Source: an uncultured Desulfarculus sp.
GTDB lineage: Bacteria > Desulfobacterota > Desulfarculia > Desulfarculales > Desulfarculaceae
Reading direction: 5' to 3'
Length of the DNA stretch: 64,000 nt
Assembly: GCA_963665125.2 (NCBI GenBank)
Contig: CAXXUK010000001.1
Location: forward strand, 3,656,811-3,720,810
In this document: one piece after another, positions 51,900-63,111 of the stretch
Position numbering within the stretch: the first letter of the stretch is position 1
Layout of the letters: every line of letters starts with the position of its first letter
The notes under the pieces: generated by a model
What the model was told of the DNA's origin: nothing
The model's database searches: none
The model's input: only the letters and a program-made list of their open reading frames with translations
Translations under genes and position numbers: made by a program

Positions 51900-54800
51900 A
51901 CAATCAGGAGGCTATTAACTTGAGTTTAGGTGATAACAGTGTGTATCCGCATGAACGGGATGCCTTAAATCAGATTGAGGAATTATTAAGGAATGTCAGT
52001 AGTCAGATTTCTCTTTATGGAAATCTTGAGTTTCCAGACAACAAAAATATATTTTTAGAATGTGATTTAATTTTAGTCTGTAACAGTGGAATATTCATTA
52101 TTGAACTGAAAAACTGGTATGGCAGAATTGAGATACACAATGATTTCTGGCAGAGAGAATATGATGAAATAATCAGTCCACACAAATTGAATATAAGTAA
52201 ATGTAAAAATTTGATGAACTATCTCAAGAAGAAGCAACCGACTATTCATCTGCCCATAGTCCGCTCAATTCTGGTGTTGACCAATGAAGAAGCGGAAATA
52301 CATGGGGCTGATGAACCGGATATGGCTTCAACCAACTGTCATGAAAATAAGGCATTTACTTTTGATGGTGTCACAAATTTCGCAAAATATATCAGAAGAT
52401 TTATTAAAGACAATGACTCTCAGCAGGTAAGCAATAGTACAGGCATTGTTAATCACTGGCTTAAAAAGTTAAATGAAGAGCATCAATTCAGTAAACAGAT
52501 TCCCGGCTTTACCATTGTAGAAGAAAGATCCGTGAATTCTTTATGGTCGGAGTTTCTTGCCCGTCCGGAATCAATTTATGATAACAGCATCAGAAAACTC
52601 AGGGTTTATGGAAATATCAGCCAAGACCCTTCTGAAAAAGAAAAACAGTTAAGGGGAATAAATACACTTAAAAAAATCGGACCCCATCCCAATATTCTGT
52701 CGGTTCAGGACTATCCCAATGAAAAGAAAATATTGATTGAAGTTTCTCTATGGTCAGATTCGGGGACTCTTCGGGATTTTCTTAAGAGAGAAAAGAAAGA
52801 GCATCGAAAAGGTCTGAAATTCTCAGAAGCACTGAGAATTTCCCTGGATATTGCCAGAGCCTTGACTCATATTCACAACAATGAAAATATAATTATTCAC
52901 CGGGATTTAAGACCTGAGAATATTCTTATATCAGGAAACAGGGCACAGTTAATGAACTTTGACCTGTCATATAATGCAGACAGTTCGTTTACAGTAATGA
53001 GCGATGAGGATAAAAAAGCTACCAGTCCTTATAAAGCTCCTGAGGTATATAATGGGAAAGAGGATACAGCTTCAGATATTTTCAGTTTCGGGGTAATACT
53101 ATATGAATTGCTTAAAGGAAATACTCCTTTCAAATCTTCAAACGAGATGCTTGGTAACCATGTTTGCAATCTGAATATTACCCCTCAGGAAATAAGAGAA
53201 TGCAAAGATGAAGAGAGACTGGAAGTAATTATCAGGCTGATAAAAAAATGCTTGTCCCCCAATATTAAAGAACGCCCCGATGCAGAAACTCTTATAAAAG
53301 TATTGGAAGAAGACAACTCCGATAAAAAAACTATGAAAAAGAGAATAAACTATGAAAACAGAGTTTTGGAAACCGGAACTTCATATAATACCTATGAAAT
53401 TGTGGGATTGTTGGGAAAAGGGGCAACAGCTCAGGTTTATGAAGCATTGAATACTGAAGATCCTGTTATGCTGAAATTATTCAACATTGATACTCCTATG
53501 GAAATGTTTCTCAATGAGAAGAATATGCTTCAGAAAATAGATAGTCCTTATGTTATAAGACATAAAAGTCAGGGACAATGGGAAGATGAAAGGTTTTATA
53601 TTGAGCAGGAATATTTCCAGGGTAAGACGCTCTTTGATATGATTAATGAAGGTGTTCGTCCCAATATAAATGCATTTAAAACTGTAACCGAACATCTTCT
53701 TACAGCTCTTTCTGAACTTCACAAAGATTCTAACGAAGATGAAGACAAAGATGAAAATGAAGATGTGATAATTCACAATGATATTAATCCAAGAAATATA
53801 CTGATAAATGATAAACTGGCTTTGAAAGTAATTGATCTGGGTGTCGCTTCGCCTCCAGGGAGAGGGAAATACTGTGGAACACCGGGATATATACCTCTGG
53901 ATTTGATAGCCGGGGATGAAAAAATCTATTCTCCACAGGTGGATCTGTTTGGAGCGGGGATCTCCCTTCTGGAATGGCTCACAGGAGAGAATCCTTATAA
54001 ATCGGATAATCCGTTTGACAAATCATTGGACAATATCAAGAATCTCCCTGATAATCTTAAAGAATGGTTTGTCAGGGGAATATCCCTTTGTGCCGATGAG
54101 CGGTTTAAATCGGCAACGGAAATGCTCACATTTTTTAGTGAGATATTTGAAGCTAAAGAAGAAATAATTACTGACCCTGTAGTGCCGGTTAAACCGATTC
54201 AGGAACCAATCTTTATAGCAGAAACTGAAGATGAGGACTATGGTGGAGACTTGGAAGAAACCTCAGTTGGGAAATCGGGGCTGGAAAGCCCCTCCTACAA
54301 AGTGGGATCTGAATGTTTACGGATTTTAAATGCCGGTCCTAACTTCGTGGATTATCTCAACAGCTTGCATAATGTAACCCCCGATAATGAAAATGCCCTG
54401 GCGGAATCACAGGCTGTGAGTGATGAATTTGGAAAAATCTGTGTGCGTCATAATGATATACATGACAAGATAATTTCTATACTTAAAGGGGAAGACTTTT
54501 CTGATGATTCTGTAATTGTTCTTACAGGACATGCCGGGGACGGAAAATCCACCATAGCCCTGGAGATATTAAAGGAATTGCTGGGTATTTCAAGGAAGAA
54601 CAGACTACCCAATGCTCCCGAAAAAGAAGAAAAAGTTGTTGTCAACAATCGGGAGATAACAATTCTCAAAGATATGAGTGAACTCTCATCCGACGAGAGA
54701 CACAAAATACTGGAAAGAGCGTTGAAAAATTCAGGAAGCTGGCTCCTGGTTTCCAACACTGGACCATTTCTGGAGACATTTTCTGAAATAGCGGCATATA

Positions 54801-56116
54801 ACAATAAAAACAGAGATGATATGGAAAACAAAATTCTTGAGTCTCTCAGTTCGGAAATAGAGCATATAAACAATGAAAAGCATTGGATAAGAGACTTTGA
54901 GAAGCCTGTGTTGGTAGTTAATCTAGCTAATTTCGACAATGAATTTATCGCCGAAGGAATTCTGAATAAAATAATCGATCATAATTTCTGGAAAGAATGT
55001 GGTAATTGCAGACATAAAAATTTTTGCCCCGTTTTAACCAATATCAATGCATTAAAAATATTTCCCGATGCAATAAATAGAATTCTTATGTTACACCGCA
55101 GAATTACCGGATATGGCAAAAGGTTGACTGCTAGGCAGTTATCCGCTCATATTGCTTTCTCACTGACGGCGGGCTTGAACTGCCGTGATGTGGCAGCAAA
55201 CGCTACAAGTTTCGACAGGGAAAAATTCAGAAGCGACTATCTCTTAAGCAATTCAATCTTTGGGGATGTACCCGGTTCAGCAGGACAAGCCGATAATCTC
55301 TTTGTCGTAAGATGTCTCTCTCCTTTGCAAATGGGTTCAAAACCTTTTGTTCAACTGGAAAGAAAGCTTTTTAGTGAAGATTCTTTCAAGTCTCCGGGTA
55401 TTGTCGAATCCCCGGATTACCTCAATGATTTGTTTATCTATCTTCTGAAGTATGCCTCTTCCAATAAATCCAATGAATCCGGTAGGGCGAGACAGAGGCT
55501 GAGAAGGTTTATATACTTCTTTGGGTTTGGAGACTCTCCAAATGAAGGGAATGAATACACAGATTTCTTCCTGATGTCCCCTATGCTCAGGAAAAGCCAG
55601 GAGCTGCTGAGCGGTCAAACAAAAACAGATAATATTAGTTTAGTCCAATGGAAGTATCTGGCTCTCAAAGTCCTGACCGAGGAATATACAGGTTTCTGTG
55701 TCTCACAGTATTCAAATCTTAATGATGTTTACATTACTTTGAAGCGAGAGATTGATGATATCCCGCAAAACTTCCAGATTGTAACAGCTAAAATTCCCTT
55801 TGATTTATTTGAACTTGACATTAATCAAAGAAATAAACGGATAGAAATAACTGCGTTAAAAGGAAGAAGAGCTGAGACACTGATTCTCCCATTGCCGTTG
55901 TTGGATTATATCTATATGAAATCACAGGGGGAATTGAGCAGTCAGTTGGATGCATCCAATAAAAATGCCATTGACCGTTTTAAGAGTCAACTGGAATTTA
56001 TGTTCAGAAAGAATGACGGAATTATCAATATTATGGGAGCACAGTTGGACGGGAGAATTATTCTGGGAGAACTGGAGATTAATTCTCAGGACAATCTTAG
56101 AGTTATATGGAGGTAG
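51878..56116 (+). CDS. NERD nuclease - tandem kinase - P-loop ATPase fusion (SspF/DptF-like)
   Basis: ECDLIL...IIELKNWYG (NERD); HRDLRPEN/NFD; LGKGATAQVY, HNDINPRN, DLG; GHAGDGKST; likely TTG start at 51920. Confidence 0.8.
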   Translation: MQDLFTINNQEAINLSLGDNSVYPHERDALNQIEELLRNVSSQISLYGNLEFPDNKNIFLECDLILVCNSGIFIIELKNWYGRIEIHNDFWQREYDEIISPHKLNISKCKNLMNYLKKKQPTIHLPIVRSILVLTNEEAEIHGADEPDMASTNCHENKAFTFDGVTNFAKYIRRFIKDNDSQQVSNSTGIVNHWLKKLNEEHQFSKQIPGFTIVEERSVNSLWSEFLARPESIYDNSIRKLRVYGNISQDPSEKEKQLRGINTLKKIGPHPNILSVQDYPNEKKILIEVSLWSDSGTLRDFLKREKKEHRKGLKFSEALRISLDIARALTHIHNNENIIIHRDLRPENILISGNRAQLMNFDLSYNADSSFTVMSDEDKKATSPYKAPEVYNGKEDTASDIFSFGVILYELLKGNTPFKSSNEMLGNHVCNLNITPQEIRECKDEERLEVIIRLIKKCLSPNIKERPDAETLIKVLEEDNSDKKTMKKRINYENRVLETGTSYNTYEIVGLLGKGATAQVYEALNTEDPVMLKLFNIDTPMEMFLNEKNMLQKIDSPYVIRHKSQGQWEDERFYIEQEYFQGKTLFDMINEGVRPNINAFKTVTEHLLTALSELHKDSNEDEDKDENEDVIIHNDINPRNILINDKLALKVIDLGVASPPGRGKYCGTPGYIPLDLIAGDEKIYSPQVDLFGAGISLLEWLTGENPYKSDNPFDKSLDNIKNLPDNLKEWFVRGISLCADERFKSATEMLTFFSEIFEAKEEIITDPVVPVKPIQEPIFIAETEDEDYGGDLEETSVGKSGLESPSYKVGSECLRILNAGPNFVDYLNSLHNVTPDNENALAESQAVSDEFGKICVRHNDIHDKIISILKGEDFSDDSVIVLTGHAGDGKSTIALEILKELLGISRKNRLPNAPEKEEKVVVNNREITILKDMSELSSDERHKILERALKNSGSWLLVSNTGPFLETFSEIAAYNNKNRDDMENKILESLSSEIEHINNEKHWIRDFEKPVLVVNLANFDNEFIAEGILNKIIDHNFWKECGNCRHKNFCPVLTNINALKIFPDAINRILMLHRRITGYGKRLTARQLSAHIAFSLTAGLNCRDVAANATSFDREKFRSDYLLSNSIFGDVPGSAGQADNLFVVRCLSPLQMGSKPFVQLERKLFSEDSFKSPGIVESPDYLNDLFIYLLKYASSNKSNESGRARQRLRRFIYFFGFGDSPNEGNEYTDFFLMSPMLRKSQELLSGQTKTDNISLVQWKYLALKVLTEEYTGFCVSQYSNLNDVYITLKREIDDIPQNFQIVTAKIPFDLFELDINQRNKRIEITALKGRRAETLILPLPLLDYIYMKSQGELSSQLDASNKNAIDRFKSQLEFMFRKNDGIINIMGAQLDGRIILGELEINSQDNLRVIWR

Positions 56117-57726
56117 TGATGATATCCAATATGCAGGGGACTTCGGTAGAAAGGTTTCCAAATTCCGATGCTATAAGACAGCAGTGGGAAGAAAATCCTG
56201 CTATAAATGTCTTTGGCAGAAGATTTTTAAGTGCTCAGACAGTGCTGGAATACCTGGCTGAATTCCTTTTGGTTTTTAGCTCAGAAAAACACTTTAATAA
56301 GTCAGAAAATCGTGGATATAAGAATGATATCCCCATTCAGCCTAAGTTTAATTTTATTGAGATTGCTTACTTCCCGCCATCAAGGCTTCCTCTGAAACTC
56401 TTTACGTTCTTCACAATGTCTCAGTTGGAAAAGCGCCATCCGGTTCACCGCAAAACCTTTGAAGATAGCTTGAAACAGACGGAAGGAAAAGTTCTGGGTA
56501 ATCCACAGGATAAAGAAAAAACTGTAAAAGCTCTCCAGGCAGTTTTGAGCGGATTCTCGGGAGTATCGGGAAATAGAGGCTGGCCTGCTCATGTTTTTCT
56601 TCCTGTTTCCGAAAGCTTGCTGGCTAGAGAAATAATCTGGGGGCATTCAAAAGCAATCAAGAGCAATATTTCTGAATGGAAAGATTTTTTCAGGAGTGGA
56701 TTCTTCAGAATGAACCTCTATAACTTTATGGCAAGGGGAGGAGAACTGCTTTATCTCCAATTGCTGAACCTATTTAATAATTTTGATTCTACAATGCTTA
56801 ATTTCAGAAATTCATCAGAATACGCACACATAAAAAATATCAGTGTTCAGGAGCTAAAAAATGATATCTGTAGTGGATTAGACGAAATGCTAAATGAGCT
56901 AAAAATGTCTATAGGCAAAATTGTTGAGTTTATCGAAAACTGTATTGGAAAAGATTTGGAGGATAATGATTATTTAGATTCCCAGGCTAAATGCGGCTGG
57001 GTTCCTGCAGAAACATTGCCGGAATCTCTGTTGTTTGCATGGGAAATGAGAAATATTCTGAAAGCTGAGATTGACATAATCCAAAAAGTGGAACTGTTGG
57101 AAATCCTCTGCAGCATGCAGGTTCTGAGAACCCTATGCTTTCAGGCGGCGAGAAATTCTGAAGCTTATCGAAATCGAAAAACCGAAAAATTCATCGGAAA
57201 TTATGTTTGGACAGTCTCACATAAAGAAGAGAATATAAAAAAATTGTCTGCATATAATTACAAACAGATAGAAAAGTTGATATTTTCCGCAGTTGAACAG
57301 GCAAATACATACGGTGTGGAGATAAAAAACAAGATTGCAGAAAGCGGGCATCTGCTATTCAGAAAGCTCAGCAAAGACCTGGAGATAGCTATCCCCCGCA
57401 AGGGACCCGGCGCCCGGTTTGTTCTCAATGAAAATATAATCAGATTCCTTGTTCTTTCCCTTGTCCCTCCGGATAGCAGAATGAGGTTCAACAGATTCAT
57501 AGAGAGAGCATTTCTTCACTATGGAATGGCAATTTCCCCCGATGAATTATCTATTGCCTCCGGGTGGACAATGCCTGATTCGCCGGAAAAAACCGGTTGG
57601 AGCGAACCGGAGTGGTTAATGGAAAAACTGAATGCAGGCGGATTTTTAATTCAACTGTCCGATGCAGTTTCCATTGTTAAAAATCCCTTTCATAAAATTG
57701 AAGACAATCTGGAGGGTGCGAAATAA
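56107..57726 (+). CDS. SspG/DptG-like protein
   Basis: coupled middle gene of the FGH-like trio; NFMARGGELLYL and C-terminal LSDAVSIV motifs. Confidence 0.65.
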   Translation: MEVVMISNMQGTSVERFPNSDAIRQQWEENPAINVFGRRFLSAQTVLEYLAEFLLVFSSEKHFNKSENRGYKNDIPIQPKFNFIEIAYFPPSRLPLKLFTFFTMSQLEKRHPVHRKTFEDSLKQTEGKVLGNPQDKEKTVKALQAVLSGFSGVSGNRGWPAHVFLPVSESLLAREIIWGHSKAIKSNISEWKDFFRSGFFRMNLYNFMARGGELLYLQLLNLFNNFDSTMLNFRNSSEYAHIKNISVQELKNDICSGLDEMLNELKMSIGKIVEFIENCIGKDLEDNDYLDSQAKCGWVPAETLPESLLFAWEMRNILKAEIDIIQKVELLEILCSMQVLRTLCFQAARNSEAYRNRKTEKFIGNYVWTVSHKEENIKKLSAYNYKQIEKLIFSAVEQANTYGVEIKNKIAESGHLLFRKLSKDLEIAIPRKGPGARFVLNENIIRFLVLSLVPPDSRMRFNRFIERAFLHYGMAISPDELSIASGWTMPDSPEKTGWSEPEWLMEKLNAGGFLIQLSDAVSIVKNPFHKIEDNLEGAK

Positions 57727-60700
57727 ATGAAAAATTTGTTGGCCGATTCACTCTTTAACTATATAAAAAGCAATCTGGATGAAGGAATCGATGATTCTGC
57801 TTCGGGAAAGGAAATCAGAATTTTTACGGCATCATTTCATCCTGAAGTCCTTCTGGAAACCTTTGAATTGCTTGAGAAATATATCTTCAACAATAACTCA
57901 AATAAAAAAGTTCAGGCAATATATAAGGTGTCCCATGGATTATGGAAGTCCTGGCAGGGCAAATATAATCAGAATACTCTGGATAGATTTACCGGTAATC
58001 ATTGGGTTGACTTGGAAAATAAACTCACTTTTTATCGGAATATGAAAATATCAGCAAATAATGACCTTATGCTTACAATTCTCTGTGGCATAGAAAAATC
58101 GGCGGACCAGGGGGGACTTAAAGATTTTCATATTGTTGATGAGGAAACTATATGGCAAAGGGAAATGAACAAGGATCTGAGCGGCTGGATTAACCGATTT
58201 CTGGATTCCTTGCATATTTACCATAAAAAATCAGCTTCAATCAACAACTTTTTTAAAGAGTTATATAAAACCGTTCTTCGGGATTTAAATGATCTTTCCA
58301 TATTTCTTAACAATACTTACGAAGAGAATAAACATAATAAGATTTTTGAGAATTCAGATGATGTTCTTGATTATTTATATCGCAGTCTTCCCCGTTGGGG
58401 AATTCCCCCCATAATCTCTTCGAAATATCCTGACAGACTGGCTAAAAGTATCAAACCGGCATTTGAATTCATTAATTATCAGAGATATATGGACAGAAGT
58501 AAAGTTAAAAGCGATCGGGAAAAACTGGAGACCTTCATTAATAAGAACAAAAATACTTTTTTTCTTCCTTCTTCAGTTTCAAAAAAAGCTCTATATTCCG
58601 ATACAGACGATTATTTCCAATCCCTGGCTTCCTTCATAAATAATGGAGATGAGGGTGAAAAGGCAAAACTGCTGCAGGTCAATATACTCCCGCTTCTTAA
58701 TGATATACTTAAGACAACCAGGAAAAAGAATTCTGTTAAGAAGGAAACCGTAAGAACGGTAAAAGGCAATGTTTTTAAAGCTTTTCTCGATTCCATCTGG
58801 GAAGCTTCGCTTCAATTCTCTCAAGACAGAGGATATGAAGATTTGCGAGAAACTGTCGAAGATATAAGGATAAAAGTAGATTCTTATAAACACAATCTCG
58901 AATCTGAAGATGAAAAAGATCACTGTGAATTGGCTGATGAGCTTCTGAAATGCTGCATAGGTGGTATTAATGAGACATTTGAGAATCTTCATATTACTTT
59001 GAGATATAATGATAATAATGTCCCGGTAGAGAGGGATATAAAATTATCATTTAATAGTGACTGGGATAATGTACCTACCAAACCAACCAATACCGGGACT
59101 TCACGGATTGAGTTTGAAGTGGGCTTTTTCGCCAAAAATGATGGGAATGATGGGAATTCGCAAAAGCTAAAGGCATATAAATTTAAGTGGCTTCTTAAAG
59201 ACAGCTCTGAGGAGCTAACCCTCTTCCGATATTCCGGCGAACTGCTTCGACAACTGGATGCTCAGAAAAATCATACTTATCTTCCCTGTTTCCATCTTCC
59301 TACTTTCAATGAGCTTTTTCTTGCCAACGACAGCGATGAGGCAGGCAGATTGTTTAACATGGGTTACTCCGGCTTCAGGATTAAGGATATGCTGAAAAAG
59401 AACGGAAGCAAAGCAGTTATTCCCGACGATAAAGACCTGAAAGGTCGGATACATAATCTGAATCTGGAGTATAAAAAACTATTCCATACAATATTAAAAA
59501 CCGGTTATTTCAATACAATGATTAATAATTCCGGATATATGAGTGATGTTATAAATAGGTATCGGGAGCTTTTTGAATATATAAAATCAAATCTCAATAA
59601 CTTAAAAGATATGCAAAAAGATATTCTTGCCCTTCTATATAAAGCCTATATGTTCATACCCGATGATTTTAATGTCCATGAAAAGTATCTCCCCCTGGGT
59701 GTTACTTCCCTGCTTCATCCGTCAATTCTTGAAATAATCCAGGCGAGGGAATCTTTCCTGAAGGCTTCTTTTGCCCAGTTAATTTCAGTTTCCATTTCTT
59801 CCGGTAATATCAAATCCGGTAAAAAGAAATTCGGAAATCTGGTGAAAAGATGCGGGATCAGAAGTTCAATTCCCGGATTGATTACGGACAGAAACGGCAA
59901 AATCACTTCAAGAACTTTGTCATACGGGCATATACAATGTATCGGCAGACCGGGTAAAGACTCACCCTCTCTTGCTTCTCAATCTTTGTTGAAAGAATCT
60001 GATGAATATGAAGAAATCACCGATATGGAAATGTTCTCTCAGGATGGTGAATCGGATATCTATCTTCGGCTTCTGAAAGACTATGTGGAATTGTACCCTT
60101 ATGGTAAAGATGGAATTGAGGTTGGAATCGTAAATATAAAAAAAATCCAATCGGTAATCTGTGGAATTGACGGATTTCTAAGTGAGGTTCTTAAAGAAAG
60201 AAAAGAAGAAGACCCTCCTTATCATCTTTCACTGACACTGTTAAGTGAAAACACGGGAATACAATCGGTTAAAAGATGGATCAACGCTTGGAAGCAAAGA
60301 TGGCAAAATGATGAATCAAAATATGAGAATTGCAGAATTTCAATAAAATATAGAAGCGGTGAAATTGCAAAACTAATAGAAAAGCTTGGTTCAGAAAAGC
60401 GTCATTATGACATTGTTTTTGCTGAAAGATTTCTGGACGATACCGAAGTTAATAAACTGGAAATTGTAGATAAATTCTGCTATTCGCTCAGTTCAGAAAA
60501 TTATCTGAAGTTCCCCCTGGTGGAGTTTCCCTTCCCTGAAAAACATAGCAACACGGGAGTATATAAACGGGAAAGGGTTGTCAGTAACAGACGGTTTCAG
60601 ATCCCCACAATTCATTCTGAAATAACTGCCCGATTAAAAGAATTCGGCTCCGACAATTCCCATTTCATCGTAATAGCAGAGTCGGAATACAAAGAAGATT

Positions 60701-63111
60701 GCAGAAAAACCATTGACAACATTCATGCTCTTTCCAACTGGGTCGTCTGTATGGATTCTTCCATTGATTCGAGGCTTATAAAAGAAACATCAGGTTCAAA
60801 CACAAGGGAAATCATCGGTTATTCCAGCGGTGTAGGCGCTCAGGGTGAGCTGAACTATACCGTTTCATCGGATTTCAGATCTCTAAGTGATGTTAAAATA
60901 AGATTAAAGAACAAGCTGAAAGAACTTTTTGGGTGGACAGATGATGAAGAGTTGAATTATATCTCCGGGAATGTCTTAAAACAGGCGGTCAATCTCGCCG
61001 GAATGTCCATCATCAGAGCCACCGGAATTGATAACCCAAAATTGAGAGATTTGATTGCTTACTCAATAGTCCGAAAATATCTGGTAGAAAATGATAAGAG
61101 TCTATGTAATGAGATTATTGTCCTGGACTCATTTCTTCATTGGTTCGAGAACTCCGAATTAACATACAGACCGGACCTACTCCACATTAAAGCAAGTCTT
61201 AAGGGAAACAGAATCCACGTAGAAGCAACCATCCTTGAGTGCAAACTGGCTCAGGCAAACCAGGAACATATCACCAAAGCCAAAGCGCAAGTTGAAAGCG
61301 GATTGAAACTGTTTGTCAATCGTTTTATGCCTGCCATAAAGAACAAAACCAGGGATGACTTTTATGACGCCAGATATTGGTGGGCACAACTGGAAAGAAT
61401 CATTGCAGTTAACGGAAAGGTATCAGGAGACAGCAAAACAGTTTATGAAGCTCTGGAGGCTATGACCGAAGGGGATTATTCCATCTGCTGGAAGGGAGCT
61501 TTGGTTACATTCTGGACTGATGCGGAAGGTCATCATATTAACAGAGAAAAGATAAGCATTCCCATTGGGGGCGAATATAAACAGGTTCATGTTACCCACA
61601 TTCAATTAGGAAACAGTAACACTAAAGAAATATGTAAGGGAAATTTCGATTCACTTAAGTATGATTTCACAGAAGAGAATCTTTGTTTTCCACCTAAAAT
61701 CAGCGAATCAGAGGCATTAGCAGAGGAAATTTCAGACTTTACTGATGATGAGTCCGATAATTCTTTCACAGATTACCAATTGGAAGATGAAGAAAAATTG
61801 GATGAGGCTGAGGAGATTTCCCCCTCATTACACACTTCAGAAACGGAAAAAGGAACAGACGCTGAAACAGAAGATATCGAAGATAAAGAAAATGATTATA
61901 TTTCAGAAGGCTCCTCTGTGTCAGACGAGCCGGAGATTGTTGTTACCGGGGGAGAAGCTCCGGTAATCACTGATTACATTGAAGGAATCCCATCAAGAAT
62001 TTTCCTGGGAACCACAAACAAACAACAGCCGGTCTATTGGGAATATGGTCACAGGCAGCTCACCAACCGTCACCTCCTTATACTGGGAAAATCAGGGACG
62101 GGTAAAACCTATGCCATCCAGACCATACTGGCTGAATTTGCAAAGCATAAGCAGAACTCAGTGATTGTTGATTATACCCAGGGGTTTACTCACAACCAAC
62201 TGGAAGATATCTTCCTAAAAGTTGCCAAACCTCATTCTCATTTTGTCATCCAATCACCATTGCCCATTAATCCCTTCAGAAAGCAGACAATCGTTCTTGA
62301 TGAAGTGAATAATCTGTCAATACCGGAAAAACCGCACATTACTGCAATGAGGGTGATAAGTGTGCTGGATTCTGTGTATATTTTGGGAGAACAGCAAATC
62401 GGAAGATTATCAAAAATTATGGAAGAAGGTCTGGAACTTTTCGGTTCAGACTATTCTTTCTCCTATTTACTGGAGAAACTGGATGAACAGGACGATAAGC
62501 TTTCTCAAGGGTTGAGCAATAAATTGGGACCTTTTGTAAAGACTACTCCCTTTGGAAAAGAAGACCCTGAAAGCTGGAAAAAGATATACTCCGACAAAAC
62601 AAGTTCCAACTTCATCATTCAACTTACAGGCTTACCCAGGGAACTCTACAGGATGATAACCGAATTCATACTGTGGGATTTCTATTTCTATGCACGTAAT
62701 TATGGAAGCAAGAACAGCCCGACACCATTGGTTCTGGATGAGATACAAAACCTAAGTCATAATAAGGATGCGCCTTTAGCGGGCATACTTCAGGAAGGCA
62801 GAAAATTTGGAATTTCTGCTATCCTGGCTACACAGATTCTCAGTCAGTTTAAGCCTGAAGAGAAAGACCGGCTATTCCAGACCTCTCATAAGCTCTTTTT
62901 CCAGCCTGCCGAATCAGAGATAAAAGAGTATGGAAAACTCCTGGAGAGGCTAAGCCCCGGCTATTCTTCAGATTATTGGGAAAATCAATTATCCGCCCTT
63001 CAAAAAGGCGAATGTATTTCTGTAGGTCCGGGAGTGGACAATAATGGAAATATCAAAAAAATGATACAAAAAATTTCCGTTACATCTTTCGAAAAGAGGA
63101 ATTTATTATAA
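57727..63111 (+). CDS. SspH/DptH-like protein: PD-(D/E)xK nuclease plus HerA/FtsK ATPase
   Basis: RPDLL...ILECK; acidic linker; HLLILGKSGTGKT, VLDEIQN, EGRKFG, ATQ. Confidence 0.8.
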   Translation: MKNLLADSLFNYIKSNLDEGIDDSASGKEIRIFTASFHPEVLLETFELLEKYIFNNNSNKKVQAIYKVSHGLWKSWQGKYNQNTLDRFTGNHWVDLENKLTFYRNMKISANNDLMLTILCGIEKSADQGGLKDFHIVDEETIWQREMNKDLSGWINRFLDSLHIYHKKSASINNFFKELYKTVLRDLNDLSIFLNNTYEENKHNKIFENSDDVLDYLYRSLPRWGIPPIISSKYPDRLAKSIKPAFEFINYQRYMDRSKVKSDREKLETFINKNKNTFFLPSSVSKKALYSDTDDYFQSLASFINNGDEGEKAKLLQVNILPLLNDILKTTRKKNSVKKETVRTVKGNVFKAFLDSIWEASLQFSQDRGYEDLRETVEDIRIKVDSYKHNLESEDEKDHCELADELLKCCIGGINETFENLHITLRYNDNNVPVERDIKLSFNSDWDNVPTKPTNTGTSRIEFEVGFFAKNDGNDGNSQKLKAYKFKWLLKDSSEELTLFRYSGELLRQLDAQKNHTYLPCFHLPTFNELFLANDSDEAGRLFNMGYSGFRIKDMLKKNGSKAVIPDDKDLKGRIHNLNLEYKKLFHTILKTGYFNTMINNSGYMSDVINRYRELFEYIKSNLNNLKDMQKDILALLYKAYMFIPDDFNVHEKYLPLGVTSLLHPSILEIIQARESFLKASFAQLISVSISSGNIKSGKKKFGNLVKRCGIRSSIPGLITDRNGKITSRTLSYGHIQCIGRPGKDSPSLASQSLLKESDEYEEITDMEMFSQDGESDIYLRLLKDYVELYPYGKDGIEVGIVNIKKIQSVICGIDGFLSEVLKERKEEDPPYHLSLTLLSENTGIQSVKRWINAWKQRWQNDESKYENCRISIKYRSGEIAKLIEKLGSEKRHYDIVFAERFLDDTEVNKLEIVDKFCYSLSSENYLKFPLVEFPFPEKHSNTGVYKRERVVSNRRFQIPTIHSEITARLKEFGSDNSHFIVIAESEYKEDCRKTIDNIHALSNWVVCMDSSIDSRLIKETSGSNTREIIGYSSGVGAQGELNYTVSSDFRSLSDVKIRLKNKLKELFGWTDDEELNYISGNVLKQAVNLAGMSIIRATGIDNPKLRDLIAYSIVRKYLVENDKSLCNEIIVLDSFLHWFENSELTYRPDLLHIKASLKGNRIHVEATILECKLAQANQEHITKAKAQVESGLKLFVNRFMPAIKNKTRDDFYDARYWWAQLERIIAVNGKVSGDSKTVYEALEAMTEGDYSICWKGALVTFWTDAEGHHINREKISIPIGGEYKQVHVTHIQLGNSNTKEICKGNFDSLKYDFTEENLCFPPKISESEALAEEISDFTDDESDNSFTDYQLEDEEKLDEAEEISPSLHTSETEKGTDAETEDIEDKENDYISEGSSVSDEPEIVVTGGEAPVITDYIEGIPSRIFLGTTNKQQPVYWEYGHRQLTNRHLLILGKSGTGKTYAIQTILAEFAKHKQNSVIVDYTQGFTHNQLEDIFLKVAKPHSHFVIQSPLPINPFRKQTIVLDEVNNLSIPEKPHITAMRVISVLDSVYILGEQQIGRLSKIMEEGLELFGSDYSFSYLLEKLDEQDDKLSQGLSNKLGPFVKTTPFGKEDPESWKKIYSDKTSSNFIIQLTGLPRELYRMITEFILWDFYFYARNYGSKNSPTPLVLDEIQNLSHNKDAPLAGILQEGRKFGISAILATQILSQFKPEEKDRLFQTSHKLFFQPAESEIKEYGKLLERLSPGYSSDYWENQLSALQKGECISVGPGVDNNGNIKKMIQKISVTSFEKRNLL

